Origin: Candidatus Latescibacterota bacterium
GTDB taxonomy: Bacteria > Latescibacterota > UBA2968
Assembly (NCBI GenBank): GCA_965204745.1
Contig: OZ242010.1
Span: 2,368,001-2,432,000, forward strand
Direction: 5' to 3'
Length of the DNA stretch: 64,000 nucleotides
Part shown: piece by piece, positions 38,326-48,022 of the stretch
Layout: each line of letters starts with the position of its first letter
Numbering within the stretch: the stretch's first letter is position 1
Program-made: the position numbers and the translations under genes
Notes under the pieces: model-generated
Told to the model about the DNA's origin: nothing
What the model saw: the letters and a program-made list of their open reading frames with translations, nothing else
Database searches by the model: none

Positions 38326-39657
38326 TCAATACGGCCAAACGCGCAAGCCGTCGCGCAAGCCGTCGATCAGCCGGTCGGCGTGGTCGGTCGTCATGGGAAG
38401 CGAGACGCAACCGCCTTGCCGAATCGCGATGCCCTTGTTCAAGAGATAGAAGTAGAGCCAGCGGTGTTTTTCGCTGCTGTCTCGTGCGGCTTGGCGATAG
38501 TTGGCAGGGGCGCGGTCGAGAAAGTAGATGCGAAAGAGCGAACCCGCGACGACGATGCTGCCCGGGGTGTCGGCACTTTTGAAAGCGTCTTTGAGACCCG
38601 CGGCGATGTAGCGCGTGAGGGCGTCGATGTGGCGATATGCGTCCGGGGTCATGGCTTTGAGGGTGGCGAGACCCGCAACAGCCACGAGCGGGTTGCCGTT
38701 GTACGTGCCAGATTGTGGAATCGCGGGCGATCCGCCTGTGGGATCGTACAGGGCCATCGCGTCTTTGCGACCGCCAAACGCGCCTGCCGGGGTGCCGCCT
38801 GCAATGACTTTGCCCAAACAGGTGAGGTCCGGGGCGATGTTGTAAGCGGCTTGCGTGCCGCCCGCGGTCATGCGAAAACTGACGATTTCGTCGAAGATGA
38901 GGAGAATATCGAGTTCCCGCGTGACAGCGCGCAAGGTGGCGAGAAATTCCGGATCGGGCAGGGCCATGCCAGCCGCTGTCGAGAGTGGGTCGATGATGAC
39001 GCAGGCGAGTTCTTCGGCATGATGGCGAATGAGGCGTTCACAAGCGCGGGCGTTGTTGAACGGCAAGACGAGGACATTTTCAGCCGTTGCAGGGGCGAGG
39101 CCAGCGGACGAGAGAACCGAATTGGGCGCGTCTTCAGGGCCAAGCGCGGCCGTGACAGGCGGGATATAGCTGATGAGGGCCGGGTCGTCGATGCCGTGGT
39201 ACGCACCTTCAAATTTGGCGATTTTTGGACGGCCCGTAAAGGCGCGGGCCACGCGCAGGGCATTGCCCACGGCCTCGGTGCCCGAACTGCAAAAGCGCAG
39301 GTGTTCGAGGGAGGGGACGCGCTCGCGCAAGCATTCTGCCCATTCGATTTCGAGCGCGGTGGGCGAAAAAAAGGCGGTGCCATTGCCGATGCGTTGGCAC
39401 AGGGCCTCGCTCACCGCGGGATGGGCGTGACCTAGGATGAGGGCCGTGGCGTTGTTGACAAAGTCGAGGCGGCGGTTGCCATCCACGTCATAGATGTCGA
39501 CGCCCTCACCCCGGTCCGTGTAAATTGGGAAGGGATTGACGAAAACCCCGGTGCGCGTGTTGCCGCCGGGCAAAACTTCTCGGGCGCGTTTGAAGAGGCG
39601 TTGCGAGTGTGCGTTTTGGTCGCAGTAGTCCGCGATGAGTTGGTCGAGGGTGAGCAT
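38326..39657 (-). CDS. Class III aminotransferase, glutamate-1-semialdehyde aminomutase-like
   Basis: DVDGN, SGTEA, KFEGAYHG, LIFDEI, LGKVIAGG, SGTYNGNP. Confidence 0.88.
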   Translation of the reverse strand: MLTLDQLIADYCDQNAHSQRLFKRAREVLPGGNTRTGVFVNPFPIYTDRGEGVDIYDVDGNRRLDFVNNATALILGHAHPAVSEALCQRIGNGTAFFSPTALEIEWAECLRERVPSLEHLRFCSSGTEAVGNALRVARAFTGRPKIAKFEGAYHGIDDPALISYIPPVTAALGPEDAPNSVLSSAGLAPATAENVLVLPFNNARACERLIRHHAEELACVIIDPLSTAAGMALPDPEFLATLRAVTRELDILLIFDEIVSFRMTAGGTQAAYNIAPDLTCLGKVIAGGTPAGAFGGRKDAMALYDPTGGSPAIPQSGTYNGNPLVAVAGLATLKAMTPDAYRHIDALTRYIAAGLKDAFKSADTPGSIVVAGSLFRIYFLDRAPANYRQAARDSSEKHRWLYFYLLNKGIAIRQGGCVSLPMTTDHADRLIDGLRDGLRVWPY

Positions 39658-39668
39658 AATGACTTCTT

Positions 39669-40364
39669 TCAGGGGGAATGAGAGGCGGACCGATAGATTG
39701 CCGGATCTTTGATGCCGTTTTGTGCAAACCCCTCTAGGCGCAACGAGCAGGCGTCGCACTGCCCGCAAGCGCGGCCTTCTAAGTCGGGGTCGTAACAGGT
39801 GCAGGTCATGGCGTAGTCGATGCCGAGCTCCAAGCCGCGTTTGATGATATCGGCTTTTTGCAGGTCGATGAGCGGGGTGTGAATAGCGAAGGGATCGCCT
39901 TCAACGCCGGCTTTGGTGGCGAGGTTGCCCATGGTCTGAAAGGCGGCGATGTATTCGGGGCGGCAATCGGGATAGCCGCTGTAGTCGATGGCATTGACGC
40001 CGATGAAGATGTCGCGGATGCCGAGGGATTCGGCCATGGCGAGCGCGAAGGAGAGAAAGATGGTGTTGCGCGCGGGGACATACGTGATGGGGATGCCGTC
40101 GGACATCGCGGTGCGATTTTTGGGCACCTCCAAGTCGCTGGTCAATGCGGACCCGCCAAAGGCGCGCAGGTCGATATTGACGATGACGTGATCCCGCACG
40201 CCAAAATGCGCGGCGATTTGTTTTGCACACGCGAGTTCGGTTTCGTGCCGCTGCCCGTAGCGAAAGGTGATGGCATAACAATCATACCCCTCGTTTGCGG
40301 CAATGCCCAAGGTCGTGGTGGAATCCAATCCCCCACTGAGCAAGATGATGGCTTTCTTTTTCAC
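39669..40364 (-). CDS. queC: 7-cyano-7-deazaguanine synthase
   Basis: [40 protein letters not shown]. Confidence 0.96.
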   Translation of the reverse strand: MKKKAIILLSGGLDSTTTLGIAANEGYDCYAITFRYGQRHETELACAKQIAAHFGVRDHVIVNIDLRAFGGSALTSDLEVPKNRTAMSDGIPITYVPARNTIFLSFALAMAESLGIRDIFIGVNAIDYSGYPDCRPEYIAAFQTMGNLATKAGVEGDPFAIHTPLIDLQKADIIKRGLELGIDYAMTCTCYDPDLEGRACGQCDACSLRLEGFAQNGIKDPAIYRSASHSP

Positions 40365-40423
40365 GGTTGAGTTGTCCGTTGATCGAGATTTTCAGGATGC
40401 AAAGTTGAAATTGAACGATCTGT

Positions 40424-41392
40424 TCAACACCGTAGCGCGGGTGTTGCTGCGAGGCCCGTCTGCCACGCGCCGTCTTTGAGGCCCGCGTAGAGCATAAAAT
40501 AGCGGTTGTCGATCTCGAATACCTGTGGCGTCAGCAACCCGTCGCAGTCCCAAGCATTGGGATCGGGCGAGGGCGTGAAGATGGGATTGTGCGGGTTGGG
40601 TTCAAAGGTGCGGAAATCGCGCGTCCGCACATGTCCGATTCGCCAGGTCTCGCCATCGCTCCCACCGTAAAAAATATGGAAATACTGCGGCCCCATGAAA
40701 ATTTCCGCCTCGCGGACGCCCCAACTGTCCCACGCTTGCCCGCTGCCTTTGAAGATCGGATTGGCGGGGTCTTTGGTGACGGTTGCGGGATCGCTCGTCC
40801 GTGCGGTCGCATAACATATCGTCGGTGGCCCTGCTGACTCGCCCGTATAGATGATGTGTATGGTCTCTCCGACGACCACAACAGAGGGATGAGACGATCC
40901 CAGCCGCTCGTGTTCGGTGGTGGCGGCGATCACGGGCGCGTGGCAAACCCGCGTCCACATGCCAAAATCTCCGTCCCCCACCAAGAGGCCCGTCTGCTTG
41001 GGCGGCTTGAGTCGCCGGCCCAAATAATAGACGTAATATCTGCGATCCGCGGGGTTGTAAAATGGAAAGGGATATTCAGTCGTGTAATCGTCGAACCCTT
41101 CGCTCGAAGGCAAGAGCACCGGGTTGCGCGGATCGTGCGCGACCCGTGCGGGGTCGATCGCCGGCGCTGTGCTGTGCATCAAGACCCAGTAATTGTCTTT
41201 TCTTCGCCTGCCCCACAGGTAGTGAACCGCGTCGTCCATGACAAACGCATGCGCTGCGGCGGCCCACTCGGGCGGGGCGCAAGCGATGATCGGGTTGCCG
41301 CCCGCAAGCCGCTCAAAGCCCGCAAACGCCTCAAAGGGAATGGGGGCGTTTTTTTTTCGCACTTTTGACGCGCTCATTTTGCAGTCCTCCAA
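40424..41392 (-). CDS. Five-bladed beta-propeller glycoside-hydrolase-like protein (GH43/32/130-like)
   Basis: Repeated NP(V/I)(L/F)..WD blades, P.V..I.YTG, YFMLYAG; start uncertain. Confidence 0.7.
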   Translation of the reverse strand: MEDCKMSASKVRKKNAPIPFEAFAGFERLAGGNPIIACAPPEWAAAAHAFVMDDAVHYLWGRRRKDNYWVLMHSTAPAIDPARVAHDPRNPVLLPSSEGFDDYTTEYPFPFYNPADRRYYVYYLGRRLKPPKQTGLLVGDGDFGMWTRVCHAPVIAATTEHERLGSSHPSVVVVGETIHIIYTGESAGPPTICYATARTSDPATVTKDPANPIFKGSGQAWDSWGVREAEIFMGPQYFHIFYGGSDGETWRIGHVRTRDFRTFEPNPHNPIFTPSPDPNAWDCDGLLTPQVFEIDNRYFMLYAGLKDGAWQTGLAATPALRC

Positions 41393-41478
41393 TCAACGAA
41401 TCAGCGAATCGGCGGAAGGGGGCCTGTCCCCTGCGATGAACTGCTATCGCAGTTGTACCCCGCTCCGTCTATTCGCGC

Positions 41479-42906
41479 TCACACATCCAAACACCATTCG
41501 TAGGGGCCGGGGCCCGTATGGCAAATCATCTCGGCGATTTGTCGGCGCATGGCCGCAATGCGCGGTTGGTGTGTGGGAAGTTGCGCGAGGTTTTGCATTT
41601 CGTTCGGGTCGGTTTTCAGATCGTACAACTCGTCGATGTCAAAGCGATTGCGGATGTACTTCCAGCGTCTGTCTCGGTTCATCACATGCGCGGCAAATCG
41701 CGCCCTTTCTTCCGAGTGAAAATAAAGGGCTTCTTGACTGGCGATCTCGGCGAAGATGGGCCGCGGTTCGGGTTGCCGCCCGTTCAAAATGGCGTCGGCA
41801 ACAGAACGACCATCGATGTTCTCGGGGGGCACCTCGTTTGCCATAGCGAGCAGGGTGGGCATGAGGTCCACGCCTGCGAGTGGCGTCGCAACGCGCAACC
41901 CCGACGGGAGAACACGCGGCCACGAGAGCAGGCAGGGGACTCTGACCGATGCCTCGTACATGAGACTTTTTTCCGTAAAGCCGTGATCCCCGAGCAGTTC
42001 GCCGTGGTCGCTTAGGAAGGCCACGAGGGTGTTGTCGCGCAAATTCCGTTGGTTGAGCACATCGATCAGCCGCCCAACCTGCGCGTCAATATGGGTGATC
42101 AGCGCGTAATAATATGCCATCATCTCTCGGAATTGGCAATCGGTCACGGTGCTCGGTATGCGAAATTTCGCCCGGGTCTGATAGCGCAGTTTGCCGCGGA
42201 GTGGATCGCGCAGAGAATCCGGCAGGGGGATCTGATCCACAGGGTAGCGTCGGAGCAGATCCGGCGGAACGACGATGAGGGGATGCGGGTCTTTGATGCT
42301 CACAAACAAGAAAAACGGTTCGTCTCGCGACGGGGGCAAAAAGTCAATCGCGCGGTCAATCGTCCAGGTGGTGCGTTGCTGTCGCGGGTCTGTCAGTGTG
42401 GTAAAGGGCAGTGTATTGCCGTACTGGGTGATGGCTACCCCGTCGCCGTAGAGATTGGGCACGCCCTCGCGGTCAAAATAATCGAAGAGAGGATCTGGAT
42501 ATTCCGGGCCGAGGTACCGATAGGGTTGCCAGAAATCCTCGAATCCGCGTTGCGGCGCGTGGTCATCGCCTAGGTGCCACGGGCCGACCATGCCACAGCG
42601 ATAGCCCGCACGGTTCAAAATATCGCCCAGGGTGACGCAATCGGGCGGCAAATAAGACCCCCAGGTTTTGCCTCGTTTTGGCCCGTAGTTTCGCAGTTGC
42701 AAGTGGGCATGAGGATAGCATCCGGTCAACCAACTCGCCCGCGCAGGCGAACAAACCGGAGACGCACAATAGGCGTTTTCAAAGCACACGTCGGCCAGAC
42801 GGTCCAGATGGGGGGTTTGAACGATGGAACTCCCCGCAAAACCGGCCGCGTCCCAGCGCATTTGATCGCACATGATGAGTAGGATATTGGGGCGGGACTT
42901 CGCCAT
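41479..42906 (-). CDS. Cys-type sulfatase
   Basis: PNILLIMCDQ, CSPARASWLTG, DPHP, SDHGE, YEASVRVP, ELYDL..DP.E. Confidence 0.92.
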   Translation of the reverse strand: MAKSRPNILLIMCDQMRWDAAGFAGSSIVQTPHLDRLADVCFENAYCASPVCSPARASWLTGCYPHAHLQLRNYGPKRGKTWGSYLPPDCVTLGDILNRAGYRCGMVGPWHLGDDHAPQRGFEDFWQPYRYLGPEYPDPLFDYFDREGVPNLYGDGVAITQYGNTLPFTTLTDPRQQRTTWTIDRAIDFLPPSRDEPFFLFVSIKDPHPLIVVPPDLLRRYPVDQIPLPDSLRDPLRGKLRYQTRAKFRIPSTVTDCQFREMMAYYYALITHIDAQVGRLIDVLNQRNLRDNTLVAFLSDHGELLGDHGFTEKSLMYEASVRVPCLLSWPRVLPSGLRVATPLAGVDLMPTLLAMANEVPPENIDGRSVADAILNGRQPEPRPIFAEIASQEALYFHSEERARFAAHVMNRDRRWKYIRNRFDIDELYDLKTDPNEMQNLAQLPTHQPRIAAMRRQIAEMICHTGPGPYEWCLDV

Positions 42907-42923
42907 AAATGCCTCGTTACAAT

Positions 42924-44039
42924 CTATCTCGCGTCTATCCACCAGTGAAGGATGTTGGTCTGGCTCTTTTTGTAGGCGTGCGATGCCTGGATCAGCAACC
43001 GGCGCCGCTTGTGGAGATTCAGCGAACCGACCACCATGCTGTTCGAGTACGCGCCGGTCCCCGCCTCGCGCATCCTCAAGTAGATGCCGTCATCCCAGGC
43101 GAGACCATCTCGTGAAGAATACAGAACAAAATGACCCCTTTTCGCTTTCTCACCGTAATGTCCACTCCGGCCGGTCATAAAATAACAGCCGTTCAGCGAG
43201 GCCAACTGGGGATTTCGAATCTTCTTTTGAAAGTGTGCGACCTTCGCGTCAGACCAGGTACGACCGCCGTCGTCGCTCACCACATAGTCCATCGCGTGCT
43301 CAGCGTTCTCGTTGTATATATAGACAACGATGCTGCCGGAAGCGAGTTTTCCCATGGTGCCGTACGATTTCCCGGCGGTGTCGAAGGGAAGTTCGCTGCG
43401 CTTTGAGAATGTCCGGCCGTTGTCGGCGCTCGCGTACAACTCATACACATGTTCGTCCTTGTTGCCCCAGAATTTGATCTCGTTGTCGTTCTTGAAGTGG
43501 AGCGCGAGTATCTCTCCGTCGTAATACCGCGCATCGTAGAGCCTCCCCCGATTGTCGCACAGGTCACGCGGCTCACTCCAGGTGTAGCCTCCGTCCTCGC
43601 TGATGATGTACGTCGGCACCTGAAAGCGTCGCCAAATGTCATCGTTGGTGATGTTACACACGAGGAAGAAGAGGACGATTTCGCCCTGGTCCGTTAAAAC
43701 CGCTTTCTCGCAGAAGGCAGAAAATTTCTCGGCGTTGGGCCCTCCCGCTCGCCCCGTGTCGAACAGGTTCTTTGAGTAGGCGAGCGCGTTCGGATCGCCC
43801 CAGGTTTTGCCGCTGTCTTCAGAACGCTTGTATTCCATCCAGCCCACGGCCGAATGACCGTTGTTGTCATCGGAGCAGTTGGGATAAAAGGCGAGCAGCT
43901 TCCCGTCTTCATACTCGACGAGTGCGTGTCCGAGATTTCCGCTCCTTCCCGTCTGGGCGTGATCGACGAAGAGAATCCCATCGTTCGGCGGGTTCTTTGG
44001 GGTGACCTCGTAATTTGCTTTGGTTGGATTCGCGTCCAT
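42924..44039 (-). CDS. BNR/Asp-box sialidase-like beta-propeller protein
   Basis: SEDSGKTW, SEDGGYTW, SADNGRTF, SDDGGRTW, SRDGLAW Asp boxes. Confidence 0.85.
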   Translation of the reverse strand: MDANPTKANYEVTPKNPPNDGILFVDHAQTGRSGNLGHALVEYEDGKLLAFYPNCSDDNNGHSAVGWMEYKRSEDSGKTWGDPNALAYSKNLFDTGRAGGPNAEKFSAFCEKAVLTDQGEIVLFFLVCNITNDDIWRRFQVPTYIISEDGGYTWSEPRDLCDNRGRLYDARYYDGEILALHFKNDNEIKFWGNKDEHVYELYASADNGRTFSKRSELPFDTAGKSYGTMGKLASGSIVVYIYNENAEHAMDYVVSDDGGRTWSDAKVAHFQKKIRNPQLASLNGCYFMTGRSGHYGEKAKRGHFVLYSSRDGLAWDDGIYLRMREAGTGAYSNSMVVGSLNLHKRRRLLIQASHAYKKSQTNILHWWIDAR

Positions 44040-44062
44040 AAGTGCCTCATCTTTCCTCGGAG

Positions 44063-45511
44063 TTACGTGTCTTGGTAGATTCTGGCGGAGTACATTTCGA
44101 AGCCTTCGGGGCCGGGGTAGCCGTCGTAGAGGTCGCATTCGGGAACCTTGCCGGGCGCGCCATTTTTGAGCCAGTCGATGAAGATGGGGTCGGCATTGCG
44201 GCGCTCGAGTTCGGCGAGGCCCGATGCGTGTAGGGCTTGGACGCGAGCGGGATTTTCAGAAGCGATATCGTCCAGAGACCCGTAAGGGGTGAGGATGCTG
44301 TCTTCGGGGTCGGGGTGCCATTCGAGATAGCCTTCTCGATCAAAGACGGTAAAGTAGCCGCGTTGAAGATGCTTCATCGCCTTGCCGCGAGCCACGCCTG
44401 CCAAAGCGAGTTCGCGGTTGCCCAGGCTGTTTTCACGCGCGGCGTTGAGGATGTCGTAACTTTCGATATCGTCGGGAATGGGCGCGCCCGCCAAGTTGGC
44501 GATGGTGGCGAAGAAATCTTGCGGTTGGAAGATGGCGGAACTGCGCCCGGTTTCGCCTTCGGGTGTTTTGATGAAGAGTGGAATGTGGATTTCCCGGTCG
44601 CGAACGGGCGCGCCTTTGCCAAATTTGCCGCGTTCTCCCACGTTGGTGCCGTGATCGCCTGCAACGATGATCGCAGTGTTTTTGGCCAGCCCCGTGGCTT
44701 CGAATGCTTCGAGGAAGCGGCCAAAGCAGTGGTCCATCCAGGTGACTTTGGCGGCATAACTCGCTTTGATGCGGGCTTTGGCTTCGTCGGGGAGCTCGGG
44801 ATTGCTGCGGGTTTGCGTTCCCCCCTTGAATGTGCGCGGGTCGAGCCGCCCATCATAGCCCGGCGTTTTGTCGTATTTGAGCATGAACTCAGGCGGTGCG
44901 TCCCAGGGTTCGTGGGGGTCAAAGCAGTCGATCCAAAGAAAGAAATTTTCTCGGTTTTTATTGTCGCGTAAGAAGTTGGCCGCTGTGTTGAAGAGTCTGG
45001 CGCAGTTCCAGTCGTCTAAGTTGTCGCGGCCGCGGTTGGTGCGGGCATATTGAATGAGCGGTGCGGGGAGTTTGTCGTCGAGGAGGTCAAAGATCGGGTC
45101 TTTTGCCCAGTTGCGAGGCCATCTGGCTTCGTCATTCATCCAGGAACGGTCGACCTCGGCACCGCGAATGAAGGTCCAGGTGTGGAATGGGTAGTCAAAG
45201 GCATGCCCCCCGTTGACGAGGTGGGGCGTGTCGTGCAGGAGTTGGGTCGCGTAGCCCGCTTCGCCCAAGACAGATGGCAACGCATTGGCGGTGAAGGGCA
45301 GTGGCTTCCAGGCGTGAAACGGACTGCCGTACTTGCCGGTCATGACATCGGTGCGATAGGGGATGGTGGGAAAGCTCGCTGCGAAGGCGCGATCAAAACA
45401 CCAGGATTGGGAGGCTAAGCGATTGAGGTTGGGCGTTTCGATCCAGTCGTTGCCGTTGGCGCCGATGTAGTCGTAGCGCATGGTGTCGATGAGTAAGAGA
45501 ATGATGTTCAT
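44063..45511 (-). CDS. Sulfatase-like alkaline-phosphatase-superfamily hydrolase with Thr at the nucleophile position
   Basis: NIILLLIDTMRYD, TPNL, TIPYRTDVMTG, FDPHEPWD, GDHG. Confidence 0.85.
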   Translation of the reverse strand: MNIILLLIDTMRYDYIGANGNDWIETPNLNRLASQSWCFDRAFAASFPTIPYRTDVMTGKYGSPFHAWKPLPFTANALPSVLGEAGYATQLLHDTPHLVNGGHAFDYPFHTWTFIRGAEVDRSWMNDEARWPRNWAKDPIFDLLDDKLPAPLIQYARTNRGRDNLDDWNCARLFNTAANFLRDNKNRENFFLWIDCFDPHEPWDAPPEFMLKYDKTPGYDGRLDPRTFKGGTQTRSNPELPDEAKARIKASYAAKVTWMDHCFGRFLEAFEATGLAKNTAIIVAGDHGTNVGERGKFGKGAPVRDREIHIPLFIKTPEGETGRSSAIFQPQDFFATIANLAGAPIPDDIESYDILNAARENSLGNRELALAGVARGKAMKHLQRGYFTVFDREGYLEWHPDPEDSILTPYGSLDDIASENPARVQALHASGLAELERRNADPIFIDWLKNGAPGKVPECDLYDGYPGPEGFEMYSARIYQDT

Positions 45512-45565
45512 CGCAAACCTCTGAGGGCGAAAGCGTAGGGACAGGCCCTAGTGCCCGTCCTCGAT

Positions 45566-48001
45566 TTACTCGTACTTCAGCGCGTCAACCGGGTTGGTGT
45601 GCGCGGCTTTCCACGCTTGGTAGCTCACCGTGAAAAGCGCGATGCCCATGGCGAGGGCCGTGCTCATCGCGAATGCCGCCACGCCCAAGTCGATGCGGTA
45701 TGAAAAATTGGACAGATAGTTGTTCAGCGCGTAATACGCCACGGGCCATGCGATGAGGCTGGCAAGTGCCACGAGTTGGATAAATTCCGCGGAGAACATC
45801 AGCGCGATTTGCCCGAAAGACGCGCCGAGCACCTTGCGAACGCCGATCTCTTTGGTGCGCCGTTGTGCAGAGAGCGCGGCCAGGCCGAACAACCCCAAAC
45901 AGCAAACGAAAATCGCCAGCAAAGAAGAGAGGTCCGCGACCTTTCGCAAGCGGAGCTCGTTGCGGTATGCAGCCGCTAGGCCCTCGTCGATGAAAATGGG
46001 CCTGAACGGCTCGTCGGGCACGAATTTTTCCCACTGCGTTTGCAAAAAGGCCATCGTCTCCTCGAAGTGTTCTCCCGTCACTTTGAGCGCGAGGTACGCG
46101 TACAATCTCGACCATTTGACGAGGGCCAGGGGGGCGATCTTTTCGCGCAAAGGAGCAAAATGGTAGTCCTTAAACACGCCCACGACCGTGCCCGATCCCA
46201 GGCCCGTCCACTCGAGTTGCTTGCCGATGGGATTCTCCCAACCAAAGCCCTTGGCTGCGGATTCGTTGATCAAAAACTCGGAGGAAAACCGCTGAAGAGC
46301 CCTGCCCTTGCCCGGCGTGAAATTCCTTCCCGCGACGAGTTCGATGCCCATTGTGGTCAAAAAATCCTCATCGACTTCGTTGAACAGCACGCGCCAATCA
46401 TCGCCGGGCAGCCCCTCTGGACGCACGGTCCAAATCCGGCCGCCACCGCCTTGGGGAAAGGGCAAATAGCGCGACGCCGTGGCCTGCAACACATTGGGAT
46501 GGCGCAAAAACGATTGCTTCACCGTGGCGTAGCGCGCGGCCAACCGCTGTTCAAAATTCGCGTGTTCCTCGCGGCTCGGCGCGAAAATTTGCAACATCAC
46601 GAGGTGGTCGGTCTCAAACCCCAGGTCTCGGTTGAGCATATAGGAAATCTGATCGCGCACCACGAGCGTGCCCACGAGCAAGAAGATCGAAATCGAAAAT
46701 TGGAAGACCACCAACGCCTTCCAAAACCACGCGCCTCGGTTGCCAGATCGAATTTGGTGTTTGAGGGTTTCGATAGGCTGCCAGGCGGACAATGCAAAGG
46801 CCGGGTAACTGCCCGCCAAAATCCCGGTCGCCAAGATGACCCCGACCGCCACGGGCAACAAGGTGAGGGATGCCTCGCGGTCCAAGGACAAGGGCTGTTG
46901 GATCAGATCGCCAAACACGGGCAAGAGCAACGCGCAGAGACCCAGTGCCAGCACCAACGCGAGAAAGGCCACGATCAGGGATTCGCCCAGGAATTGCTGG
47001 ATCAACTGCCAACGGGTGGCCCCCACCACTTTTCGCAAGCCCACCTCGCGCGCGCGCCCGATGGATTGGGCGGTTGCCAAATTCATGAAGTTCACGCAGG
47101 CGATAGCGAGGATGAACACCGCGACGATGCCCAACACGTAGAGTTGATCGATATCGCCAAATCTGTCGATGCCGTAATCCGCACGCGAATGGAGATAGAC
47201 GCGGTGAAAGGGTTGCAGGTGATACGCATTGTGCATCTGAACTTCCGCGCCCATATAGCGCGTCATAAAGTCCGGCAACTTGCGCGATAGGGACGCGCTG
47301 TGCGCGCCTTTTTGCAGGAGGACGTACGTATGTACGGGGCGCCATGCCTGAAATTTCTGCCAGGTGATCCATTTGCTTTCCCAGCGATTCTTTGGCATGC
47401 GCGCCATGATCAACCCGAAGCGAATCGTCGAGGGCACAGTCTGCGCTCTCATGACCCCGCGGATGATATAGTCCCCGCCAAAGATGGAATTGTCGACGGT
47501 CAAAACCCTGCCCATCGGGTCTTCCTCGCCAAAGAGAAGCGATGCCACGCGGTCGGTAATCACCATGCCGAATGGATCTGCAAATGCGGTTTGGGGATCG
47601 CCATGGACAAATTCCGCGTCGAACACGTCGAACACATGCTTATCGACGAGGCTAAACCGCGCCCGAATCAACCGATCCTCGCGTTTGACTTTTACGTTCC
47701 AGTGCCACATGCGGACCGCGGTTTGCACCTCGGGGAAATCGCGTTCTAGCGCAGGCCCCAAGGGGCCGGATGTGCCCCAATCAAAACCGCGCGACCCGTC
47801 TTTGCCCTGGGTTTCGCGCACCACTTGGTAAATGCGGTCGCCGTTTTTGTGACCCCGGTCATAGCGCAGTTCGTGTTGCACGAACAACGCGATCAACAGA
47901 CAACAGGCCATGCCGATCCCCAAGCCGAGCACGTTGAGGGTGGCGTAGATTTTGTTCCGCATCAAATTGCGGATGGCGACGATGAGATAGTTTTTGACCA
48001 T
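45566..48001 (-). CDS. ABC transporter permease with duplicated MacB/FtsX domains
   Basis: NYLIVAIRNL, IACVNFMNL..RAREVGLRKVVGA, GVFKDYH, RTKEIGVRKVLGA, NPVDALKYE. Confidence 0.92.
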   Translation of the reverse strand: MVKNYLIVAIRNLMRNKIYATLNVLGLGIGMACCLLIALFVQHELRYDRGHKNGDRIYQVVRETQGKDGSRGFDWGTSGPLGPALERDFPEVQTAVRMWHWNVKVKREDRLIRARFSLVDKHVFDVFDAEFVHGDPQTAFADPFGMVITDRVASLLFGEEDPMGRVLTVDNSIFGGDYIIRGVMRAQTVPSTIRFGLIMARMPKNRWESKWITWQKFQAWRPVHTYVLLQKGAHSASLSRKLPDFMTRYMGAEVQMHNAYHLQPFHRVYLHSRADYGIDRFGDIDQLYVLGIVAVFILAIACVNFMNLATAQSIGRAREVGLRKVVGATRWQLIQQFLGESLIVAFLALVLALGLCALLLPVFGDLIQQPLSLDREASLTLLPVAVGVILATGILAGSYPAFALSAWQPIETLKHQIRSGNRGAWFWKALVVFQFSISIFLLVGTLVVRDQISYMLNRDLGFETDHLVMLQIFAPSREEHANFEQRLAARYATVKQSFLRHPNVLQATASRYLPFPQGGGGRIWTVRPEGLPGDDWRVLFNEVDEDFLTTMGIELVAGRNFTPGKGRALQRFSSEFLINESAAKGFGWENPIGKQLEWTGLGSGTVVGVFKDYHFAPLREKIAPLALVKWSRLYAYLALKVTGEHFEETMAFLQTQWEKFVPDEPFRPIFIDEGLAAAYRNELRLRKVADLSSLLAIFVCCLGLFGLAALSAQRRTKEIGVRKVLGASFGQIALMFSAEFIQLVALASLIAWPVAYYALNNYLSNFSYRIDLGVAAFAMSTALAMGIALFTVSYQAWKAAHTNPVDALKYE

Positions 48002-48022
48002 GGGAAATCTCGAAACTCGGCG

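Noticed and set aside
38326-39657. Assigning the symbol hemL because hemJ is nearby
   Set aside because: The motifs show only a GSA-like class III aminotransferase; paralogues are common and orthology cannot be shown from sequence alone.
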